Shown in pieces: positions 56,935 through 64,000 of a stretch of DNA of 64,000 bases. The position numbers and the translations under genes were made by a program. Every line of letters begins with the position of its first letter. The stretch's first letter is position 1. Source of the DNA: a bacterium. GTDB taxonomy: Bacteria; Patescibacteriota; Minisyncoccia; UBA6257; GWB1-50-10. The DNA is taken from positions 23,839 to 87,838 of the forward strand of contig JAJYXV010000015.1 in NCBI GenBank assembly GCA_021801565.1, written 5' to 3'. The notes under the pieces were generated by a model, which did no database searches, was not told the DNA's origin, and was given only the letters and a program-made list of their open reading frames with translations.

Positions 56935-58200
56935 ATGGAAGAGATGAATGACATTCCACAAACCATACGTGATCAAATAGGATCAGGAAAAATTATCGCA
57001 ACCATTGATTCAATCAATGAGCGTGCCGACATTGCGCGTCTTGATATTATTCCACAACTTGTATATGACGTGCTTTCAAGGGGTGTTCCCGCAAAAGATT
57101 TTATTTCACACTGTTCGGGTGTTTTAAACTTCAATCAAAAAAAGTTGAAAGCGGTGGTGCGAGAAATAAAAGAAAAAATATTGAAACAATTTGATTATGC
57201 GCTTTTGAACTATGGGGTAGATATAAAAGAGATAGATGTGTCAGATGCGATGACGCTTGATGAATACACAAAACAACATAATGAGATGCTTGCTTCTGTT
57301 GGTATTGAGGTTGAAAAACCAGTTTCTACAATTTCTCTCGAAAATTTCTCGGACACCGAACCAGAAAATCTTGGTCCGGTGAAAATAAGCGTAAGCGGAC
57401 CCACTGACGAAACCACAAAAAAAATTGAAGTAACCGAAGAACCCGCACCACTTGTAATACATAGAGAAAAACCACAAACGGCCGCACAAGAGAATCTACC
57501 AACTAAGGGATACTCACAACAAACAAGGGGGTTTTCCCTCCCATTTGGGTTTTTTAAACAAAAAATTGTGCAAACACAAGCGCCATCAACACCAGTGAAA
57601 GCAACGATTGAATTTTGGAAGAAAGATGAACCAAAAAAACGCGCTGTTGATTATAGTGAGTTGAGAACACCACTTACGCCTTTTGCCGGACTAACCAACA
57701 ACAAGCAACCAACAACCGACAACACTAAAATAACTGACATCGGGATAAAAGAAACTGACCGCGCTCAAACACAGCCAATAACTCAGAAAATAAATCCACT
57801 TATGATGTTTGGAAACAAACAAACGACAAACAACCCTCAACCAACAACACAAAAAGAGGGGGGTGGCATCCTTGATATTAGGACGGGGGAGAGAAACGAC
57901 AAACAACCGAAAATCGAAAACTTAAGAGAAAATACAAAAACATCCGCCCAAGGCGGACCGGCCTCGGGTCGGCAGACCGCTCCAGTAATAAATACCGTTC
58001 CAAAACAAAACACACCCACCGAGCAAAAACCAACTCCAAACCCACAACAGCAAAAAACCGAAGGTCAAAAAGGAAAGGGGTTTGTCTGGTTTAAAAAACC
58101 AACGCAGAAAAGTACAACGATAACTAACAACAACACAGACAAAGATCCGAGAATCGAAGGAAACACGGTTGATCTACGATCAACAAACAATGAAAAATAA
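56935..58200 (+). CDS. hypothetical protein with Thr/Gln/Pro-rich C-terminal region
   Basis: 421-aa ORF that abuts the preceding gene with a 3-nt gap. Confidence 0.5.
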   Translation: MEEMNDIPQTIRDQIGSGKIIATIDSINERADIARLDIIPQLVYDVLSRGVPAKDFISHCSGVLNFNQKKLKAVVREIKEKILKQFDYALLNYGVDIKEIDVSDAMTLDEYTKQHNEMLASVGIEVEKPVSTISLENFSDTEPENLGPVKISVSGPTDETTKKIEVTEEPAPLVIHREKPQTAAQENLPTKGYSQQTRGFSLPFGFFKQKIVQTQAPSTPVKATIEFWKKDEPKKRAVDYSELRTPLTPFAGLTNNKQPTTDNTKITDIGIKETDRAQTQPITQKINPLMMFGNKQTTNNPQPTTQKEGGGILDIRTGERNDKQPKIENLRENTKTSAQGGPASGRQTAPVINTVPKQNTPTEQKPTPNPQQQKTEGQKGKGFVWFKKPTQKSTTITNNNTDKDPRIEGNTVDLRSTNNEK

Positions 58201-58202
58201 CA

Positions 58203-58577
58203 ATGACAGGGGATAAAAACCACGGATTTCGTTTCAAAGAATGGGACATTTATAAAGACTCGCGGAAACTAAGAACACAAATAAACGCTCTATTGAAAAC
58301 ATATCCCAAAGAAGAAAAGTTCGCGCTTGTTGACCAAACAAAAAGGGCATTAAATTCAATAGTGCTAAATATAGCCGAGGGGTCAAATAGAAGCACAGAT
58401 AAAGATTCAAAACTTTTTATAAATCGCGCACACGCGTCTCTTGATGAGGTTGTTGCATGCATTGATTGTGCGCTTGATGATAATTATATAGACAAAGAGG
58501 TGCACGAAAACATCATGATTAAATCTGAAAACTTAGCAAAACAATTAAGGGGATTTTATAAATATCTTTCCAAGTGA
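58203..58577 (+). CDS. four-helix-bundle protein (23S rRNA intervening-sequence protein family)
   Basis: WDIYKDSRKLRTQINALLKTYPKEEKFALVDQTKRALNSIVLNIAEGSNR. Confidence 0.65.
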   Translation: MTGDKNHGFRFKEWDIYKDSRKLRTQINALLKTYPKEEKFALVDQTKRALNSIVLNIAEGSNRSTDKDSKLFINRAHASLDEVVACIDCALDDNYIDKEVHENIMIKSENLAKQLRGFYKYLSK

Positions 58578-58622
58578 TTTTTTGTAATTGTTATCGGTTA
58601 TAGTTATAGTTAATGTATACTC

Positions 58623-59111
58623 ATGGCTACTTTTCAGGTTCCGCAATTTATTGATCAAAAACCAAAAATAGTAGGGCCGCTCACGCTCACACAGTTTTTT
58701 TATATTGCAATTGCGGCGGGTATTGTATTCGCTTCTTTTTATATATTTAATCTTTTTGTTTGGATACTTGTAAGTATTGTTTTTGTTACAATCGGTGTTG
58801 GGCTCGCATTCATAAAAATAAATGGACGGGAGATGCCAAAAGTAATACGCGACGGGCTTTATTTCTTTTTAAAACCGCGAATTTATACGTGGCAAAGGAT
58901 TACAGAAGAACCGCTTTACGAAGAGGAGAAAATAGAAAATACAAGAAAAACAATGGGTGCGAGAGAAAAATTAAATTCAATCGTACTAAACGTCACCACA
59001 GGAAAATTGTTTTCACCAAAACAAATGAGAAGCGAACAAAAAAAAGAAGAGTATCAAGTGGCCACATTCGAGACCGGAGAAAGAAGAAAAATAAAAAGAG
59101 TGGACTATTAA
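58623..59111 (+). CDS. PrgI/VirB3-like T4SS membrane protein
   Basis: MATFQVPQFIDQKPKIVGPLTLTQFFYIA followed by 2 TM helices, as in the PrgI family. Confidence 0.55.
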   Translation: MATFQVPQFIDQKPKIVGPLTLTQFFYIAIAAGIVFASFYIFNLFVWILVSIVFVTIGVGLAFIKINGREMPKVIRDGLYFFLKPRIYTWQRITEEPLYEEEKIENTRKTMGAREKLNSIVLNVTTGKLFSPKQMRSEQKKEEYQVATFETGERRKIKRVDY

Positions 59112-59198
59112 CAATACTAAAACTCTAATTTCCAATATCAAACGAAGACAAAAAATCAAAATGACAAACGAGGACATAAATTAACCGCCGATAAAATC

Positions 59199-59310
59199 TC
59201 AAATTACCAATGTCGAATAAATAACAAAATCAAAACACTAAATTTTTAAGTTTTAATCATTTGAATTTTGTTGGAAATTAAGATTTTGAAACTTGGATTT
59301 TAAATACAAG
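59199..59310 (+). repeat. ~110-bp direct repeat copy 1 (upstream of VirB4 N-domain gene)
   Basis: caaattaccaatgtcgaataaataacaaaat...tgttggaaattaagattttgaaacttggatttt is about 85% identical to 59981-60088. Confidence 0.75.
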
Positions 59311-59329
59311 ATAGTAGATAATAAAAAGT

Positions 59330-59980
59330 ATGTCGAACACACCAAAAAACACAACCGCACCATCCCAACAATTTGTTGAAATTACAAAGGTAGAAGATGG
59401 AGTAGTATATCTTAAAAAAGGAGGGATTCGCAAGATAATCATTGTGAGCGGAATTAATTTTGATTTAAAATCAGAAACCGAACAGAATCTTATATTAAGC
59501 AGCTTTCAAGACTTTTTAAATACGGTTGATTTTTCGGTACAATTTTTTGTTCATTCAAGGAAGGTAAATATTGATACTTACATGGAGCGAATGCGAGCGC
59601 GTCGCGAAGAAGAATCAAATGAACTTTTAAAAATACAAATAGATGAGTATATAAATTTTATAAAAACATTTATCGAACAGAATAAAATAATTTCAAAAAC
59701 ATTTTTTGTCATTGTTCCCTATGAAGCGGGGGATGCTATTGAACAAGCAAAGAAGGGGTTTCTGAGTTTTTTTGGAAAAAAACAATCACAAACCGAAGAT
59801 GTTCCAAATGCACAGGCGGCAATTGAACAGCTAAATCATCGTGTTGACCAGGTAATTTCTGGTCTTCAACAAATTGGACTTCGAGCGGTTCCTCTTGAAG
59901 ATGAAGAGCTCACCGAGCTTTTTTATAATCTCTATAATCCGCAACTTGTCGAGAAAAAAGGAATAGAGGTGCAGAAATGA
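59330..59980 (+). CDS. VirB4/TrbE N-terminal domain protein (separate ORF)
   Basis: VVYLKKGGIRKIIIVSGINFDLKSETEQNLILSSFQDFLNTVDFSVQFFVHSRK fits the VirB4 N-terminal pattern. Confidence 0.5.
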   Translation: MSNTPKNTTAPSQQFVEITKVEDGVVYLKKGGIRKIIIVSGINFDLKSETEQNLILSSFQDFLNTVDFSVQFFVHSRKVNIDTYMERMRARREEESNELLKIQIDEYINFIKTFIEQNKIISKTFFVIVPYEAGDAIEQAKKGFLSFFGKKQSQTEDVPNAQAAIEQLNHRVDQVISGLQQIGLRAVPLEDEELTELFYNLYNPQLVEKKGIEVQK

Positions 59981-60088
59981 CAAATTACTAATTTTCAATG
60001 TCGAACAAATAACAAAATTAAAAAATCAAATTTAAGATCTTTGTCATTTAGATTCTGTTGGAAATTAAGATTTTGAAATTTGGATTTA
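59981..60088 (+). repeat. ~110-bp direct repeat copy 2 (between VirB4 halves)
   Basis: caaattactaattttcaatgtcgaacaaataacaaaat...tgttggaaattaagattttgaaatttggattt. Confidence 0.75.
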
Positions 60089-60095
60089 ACAACAT

Positions 60096-61844
60096 ATGCC
60101 TCAAACAAACGAAAAATCAAACGCGCAGGATAATCTTTCAAACATCATTGCTCCCGCAGGCGTTGAAACGGGTTCAAATTATTTGAAAATAGGTGACTAC
60201 TATGCAAAAACATTTTTTGTATTCAATTATCCGCGTTTTATTTCGAGTGGATGGTTTTCTCCAATTATCAATTTGTCAGAGATGATGGATATTTCAATAT
60301 TTGCCCACCCAATGGATACCGGGCTGGCACTCAGGAATCTGAGAAAAAAAGTTGCACAGGTCGAGGCAGAAATAAATGAAAAACAAGACAAGGGAATTGT
60401 ACGCGATCCAATGCTCGAAACAGCATATGAAGACATTGAAAATTTGAGAGACTCGCTTCAACAAGCGAGAGAAAAACTTTTTCAGGTCGCGATCTACATT
60501 ACGATTTACGGAGAGGATTTAAAAAATCTTTCGAGGCTTGAAAATACACTCGAATCGCTTTTAGACAGTAAGTTGGTATATATAAAACCGGCGCTTTTCA
60601 GACAAATTGAAGGATTTAATTCCGTGCTTCCGATTGGAAAAGATGAACTCGCAGTAAATACCCCCCTTAACTCAGGTCCTTCATCCTCGCTTTTTCCATT
60701 TGTCTCTCCGGATCTTACTTCAGACAAAGGAATTCTCTTTGGGCTCAATATGCACAACAATGGTCTCATTATTTTCGACCGCTTTTCGCTTGAAAACGCA
60801 AATACGGTGGTGTTTGCAAAATCAGGATCAGGAAAGTCTTATGCATCAAAACTCGAAATACTCCGCTCTCTCATGGTGGGAACAAATGTAATTGTCATTG
60901 ATCCAGAAAACGAATACCAAAATCTCGCAAATTCAATTGGAGGAAGTTATTTTAAAATTTCACTCACCTCACAAAATCACGTAAACCCGTTTGATATTCC
61001 CGTAATTCCCGAGGGCGAGGAACCGGCCGACGTATTTAAATCTCATGTATTAAATCTGAGTGGACTCTTAAAATTGATGTTAAAAGAAATAAGCGCGGAA
61101 GAAGATGCAATTCTTGATCGCGTGATTATTGAAACGTACGCATCACGCGACATTACTGCTGAAAATTTTGGAACGATAAAAGAATTGAACCCGCCGCTTT
61201 TGGAAGATCTTCAAACTGTTTTAGAAAATACTGAGGGAGGACAAAATATGGCAAAACGACTGGAGAAATTCACTCGCGGATCATATGCCGGATTTACTAA
61301 TGCGCCGACGAATGTCGATATTAAAAATCGTCTTATTGTATTCTCTATCCGCGATCTTGAAGAAGAACTCCGTCCAATCGCAATGTATATTGTTCTAAAT
61401 TTTGTATGGAATCTTGTCCGATCTGAATTAAAACGCAGACTTCTTGTTGTTGATGAAGCGTGGTGGATGATGAAGTATAAAGACAGCGCATCGTTTTTAT
61501 TCGGTCTCGTAAAGCGTGCAAGAAAATATTACCTGGGAGTTACCACCATCACGCAAGACGTCGAAGATTTTTTGAAATCGGAATATGGAAAGCCAATTGT
61601 CACTAACTCATCAATACAATTACTCTTAAAACAGTCGCCGTCGAGTATTGGGGTGGTAACACAAGCATTTGATTTAACCGGCGGCGAACAATCATTGCTT
61701 CTTGAGGCGGGCGTGGGAGAGGGACTTTTCTTCGCTGGGCTAAAACACGTGGCGATAAAAATAATTGCCTCCTATACCGAAGATCAGATCATCACCACAA
61801 ATCCAGAACAAGTACTCCAGACCAAAGGGTTGTCATCCTTATAA
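60096..61844 (+). CDS. virB4: VirB4/TrbE/CagE-family T4SS ATPase (CagE_TrbE_VirB domain + ATPase)
   Basis: FFVFNYPRFISSGWFSPIINLSEMMDISIF, Walker A FAKSGSGKSYASK and Walker B LLVVDEAWWMM. Confidence 0.85.
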   Translation: MPQTNEKSNAQDNLSNIIAPAGVETGSNYLKIGDYYAKTFFVFNYPRFISSGWFSPIINLSEMMDISIFAHPMDTGLALRNLRKKVAQVEAEINEKQDKGIVRDPMLETAYEDIENLRDSLQQAREKLFQVAIYITIYGEDLKNLSRLENTLESLLDSKLVYIKPALFRQIEGFNSVLPIGKDELAVNTPLNSGPSSSLFPFVSPDLTSDKGILFGLNMHNNGLIIFDRFSLENANTVVFAKSGSGKSYASKLEILRSLMVGTNVIVIDPENEYQNLANSIGGSYFKISLTSQNHVNPFDIPVIPEGEEPADVFKSHVLNLSGLLKLMLKEISAEEDAILDRVIIETYASRDITAENFGTIKELNPPLLEDLQTVLENTEGGQNMAKRLEKFTRGSYAGFTNAPTNVDIKNRLIVFSIRDLEEELRPIAMYIVLNFVWNLVRSELKRRLLVVDEAWWMMKYKDSASFLFGLVKRARKYYLGVTTITQDVEDFLKSEYGKPIVTNSSIQLLLKQSPSSIGVVTQAFDLTGGEQSLLLEAGVGEGLFFAGLKHVAIKIIASYTEDQIITTNPEQVLQTKGLSSL

Positions 61845-61950
61845 TATATGCCCAGTGGTGATCCGCCAATTAGCGGACTACTAATCAGATCAGAAGATTC
61901 TTAGATAAAACAATGCCTTTTCAAATGTGTCTGCAATAGCATAAATATAT

Positions 61951-62382
61951 ATGGCCGAAGAAACAAAAAAAACTGGAGGGGAAAAAATAAAAACAGACGG
62001 AACAGAGCATAAAAAAAGATTTGGGACCGGAGAATTTATATTAGTTACCCTTATTTTGTTCTTTGCCGAGTTATTTGACTTTCTCATGAATATAGCATTT
62101 CCGATTCCTGTCGTGGGTCAAGTACTCTCAATTTTTGGAAGTTTATTTAGTTTTGTTGTTGGAGCATTTTTCCAGTTATATTTATTTTTAAAAGGGGCCC
62201 GCGGGATAGCTACGTGGTCAACAAGTATCGCCGGGTGGGTGGCAAATAGTATTCCGCTTCTTCAGATTTTTCCACTTCAAATTCTCGCATGGTTCGTAGT
62301 TGTAATAATTGAAAACAACCCAAAAGCACAAAAAATTGCTTCTGTCGCGAGTGGAAAGGCTGGTTCCGCAATAAAGAAATAG
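61951..62382 (+). CDS. hypothetical polytopic membrane protein
   Basis: 143-aa ORF with 3-4 TM helices. Confidence 0.45.
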   Translation: MAEETKKTGGEKIKTDGTEHKKRFGTGEFILVTLILFFAELFDFLMNIAFPIPVVGQVLSIFGSLFSFVVGAFFQLYLFLKGARGIATWSTSIAGWVANSIPLLQIFPLQILAWFVVVIIENNPKAQKIASVASGKAGSAIKK

Positions 62383-62405
62383 TTTTTATTGTATAATTAG
62401 AGAAT

Positions 62406-63077
62406 ATGAAAGTGAGGTTTATATTTCTTCTGTTTTTCTTTTGTCTTCTTGTTTTTTCTTTTGTCTCGGCACAAACCGGAGGTAATCTCATCATTACATG
62501 GCATGCCAACAATTATGTCCCCGAAGATTTTCAAGAAAAAGCATTTCCGACAAACGGAAACACCGTTCAAGTTTCTGTGGAATTTTTATTAGGCCAAAAA
62601 ATACAGAACATCTCACAAGTAGATATATCATGGTTTGTTGATGGGGTATTTTTTACCAAGGGCACCGGATTGAAAGAGATGTCATTTCCCATCACAAAAG
62701 TTGGGAGAAGCTCACATTCTGTGCGGGTTGTTATCCAAACAAAAACCGATAAATATGAGGGAATTATTTCCATTCCTGTGTTTAATCCGATAATAACGAT
62801 TGAAAACAAATACCCGCGCGGACTTGTTCGTTCTGGCGAACAAGTAAGCTTCTTTGTCATTCCATATTTTTTCAACATTTCATCACCATCTGAAATCACT
62901 TCTTTATGGACAATAAATGGCAACGCACAGGAGGGAACTCGCGATACGCTTCTTACATTAAATATTGGCGCTCCAAAAACTTCAGAACAAAAAAACATGA
63001 CAATTGAATCGTTCGTACAAAATATAAAAAACGGGCTTGAGTTTGCAAAAGAAAAAATAAACCTTTATATACAATAA
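62406..63077 (+). CDS. hypothetical secreted protein
   Basis: 223-aa ORF with a signal peptide (MKVRFIFLLFFFCLLVFSFVSAQ) and a beta-rich sequence. Confidence 0.5.
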   Translation: MKVRFIFLLFFFCLLVFSFVSAQTGGNLIITWHANNYVPEDFQEKAFPTNGNTVQVSVEFLLGQKIQNISQVDISWFVDGVFFTKGTGLKEMSFPITKVGRSSHSVRVVIQTKTDKYEGIISIPVFNPIITIENKYPRGLVRSGEQVSFFVIPYFFNISSPSEITSLWTINGNAQEGTRDTLLTLNIGAPKTSEQKNMTIESFVQNIKNGLEFAKEKINLYIQ

Positions 63078-63080
63078 TTT

Positions 63081-64000
63081 ATGGTAAAACCAATTTTTAA
63101 AATAATATTTCTCGTTGTTTTATTTACATCACTTGCTGTTGTTGCGCGCGCAGCCGTCATAGATTACAAATTTCCTTGTTCAAATTTTGGAACAGAACTC
63201 CTTGGATACACCGATTGTGCATCTGCTGATACCTCCGCTAGTATCCCCAACTATATACGGCGTCTATATCAATTTGCGATCGGTATTTCCGGAATACTTG
63301 CTGTGGGAATGATGGTGGCGGGAGGAATACTTTATACCGTCTCCGGTGGAAGTCCCGACAAACAAAACGAAGGAAAAGATATGATTTTTTCGGCGCTCTG
63401 GGGACTTGGGCTTTTATTTGGCGCGTATATTATTTTAAACACAATAAATCCGCAACTTACTGAACTGAAAGAGCCAGACGCACCACAATTTACTGGCACC
63501 AATTACACCAATCCAGCGGAAACCGCCCTGGGGCAGCCATGGGGGTGGTGCGAGGCGTCAAAAGCAGAGTGTGCTGCTGCAATACAAAAAAGCAGTAATT
63601 CAACCTCAACGGGAATTAGTTGTTGTCTTGCGGTAAAACAAAATACTGGATTGGCCGATTGCAAAGCCGATGGATGGGGATGGGATAATAGACCAAACAT
63701 ACAAAAAAGTTGTTGCATTATTGGATCTGTTATTGGTAATTGTGCCTACGGGACAGGTGCAATGACCAATACCCAATTACAACAAAGAGAAGAACAGATA
63801 AGAGAAACGCTCAGGTTGGGTGGAATAACGGTAAATAAGACATGTTATATTCCAACCCAAGACGGTTGTACCAATGTTGGATTACTTCCTGAATCAACAA
63901 TTGATGCCCTTCTTACAATAAAAAAGAAGTGTAATTGTGACGTGATGGTAACTGGCGGTGCAGAAACCGCGGGCCATAAAACACACGGACCAGGAAAACC
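63081..64000 (+). CDS. TrbC/VirB2-like pilin domain fused to Cys-rich extracellular domain (partial, runs off window)
   Basis: ATG at 63081, a signal peptide, then FAIGISGILAVGMMVAGGILYTVSGGSPDKQNEGKDMIFSALWGLGLLFGAYIILNTI and a >15-Cys C-terminal region. No stop lies in the window. Confidence 0.6.
   Translation, partial: MVKPIFKIIFLVVLFTSLAVVARAAVIDYKFPCSNFGTELLGYTDCASADTSASIPNYIRRLYQFAIGISGILAVGMMVAGGILYTVSGGSPDKQNEGKDMIFSALWGLGLLFGAYIILNTINPQLTELKEPDAPQFTGTNYTNPAETALGQPWGWCEASKAECAAAIQKSSNSTSTGISCCLAVKQNTGLADCKADGWGWDNRPNIQKSCCIIGSVIGNCAYGTGAMTNTQLQQREEQIRETLRLGGITVNKTCYIPTQDGCTNVGLLPESTIDALLTIKKKCNCDVMVTGGAETAGHKTHGPGK

Overview
This is a low-GC, compact, gene-dense window that looks like a Patescibacteria/CPR-type genome. 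Nearly all long ORFs are credible genes, they end in TAA, TAG or TGA followed by clean hairpin terminators, and several gene pairs overlap. TGA terminates at least two genes (15509 and 16248), so the standard code applies.

The first ~51 kb is mostly housekeeping:
- a partial GT2 glycosyltransferase, tsaD, valS, a PrsW-like protease, Hsp20, murD, greA
- a membrane pyrophosphatase, nusA, yraN, ftsK, a RodZ-like protein, recA, folD, an ArsR regulator, glyA
- a Ham1/RdgB homologue, ftsH, rpsA, gyrA, an ABC solute-binding protein
- xerC/D, rpsO, pnp, a DksA/TraR zinc-finger protein, comM/yifB, an M23/LysM peptidase, a PaaX-like regulator, rsmA

Three tRNAs are present: Val-TAC on the minus strand, an atypical Ile-TAT, and Leu-TAG.

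The accessory content comes in two blocks:
- 38.7–41.1 kb: a tandem array of five TrbC/VirB2-like pilin paralogues.
- 51.6–64.0 kb: a T4SS-like pilus/DNA-uptake locus. It has a VirB6-like polytopic protein, a PrgI/VirB3-like protein, VirB4 encoded as two ORFs that each follow a ~110-bp direct repeat, secreted and membrane-anchored proteins, and a second pilin fused to a Cys-rich domain. No VirD4, VirB11 or relaxase gene is present.

The most unusual signals are:
- Heptanucleotide tandem repeats (AAATCTC, AAAATTC, GAAAATT) sit in-frame inside essential genes (glyA, rsmA, folD, tsaD). One intergenic copy also exists.
- ftsH is interrupted by two in-frame TGA codons in its linker.
- tRNA-Val is bracketed by a perfect 18-bp inverted repeat and by tRNA-like half fragments. 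It lies next to an HTH plus LAGLIDADG-like gene that carries an in-frame TAA and runs into a tRNA(UAU).
- A recurring inverted-repeat motif, ATCCCGTTAGAAAT, occurs at three loci.
- An ArsR gene is flanked by a 38-bp perfect palindrome and a second half-site at the folD promoter.
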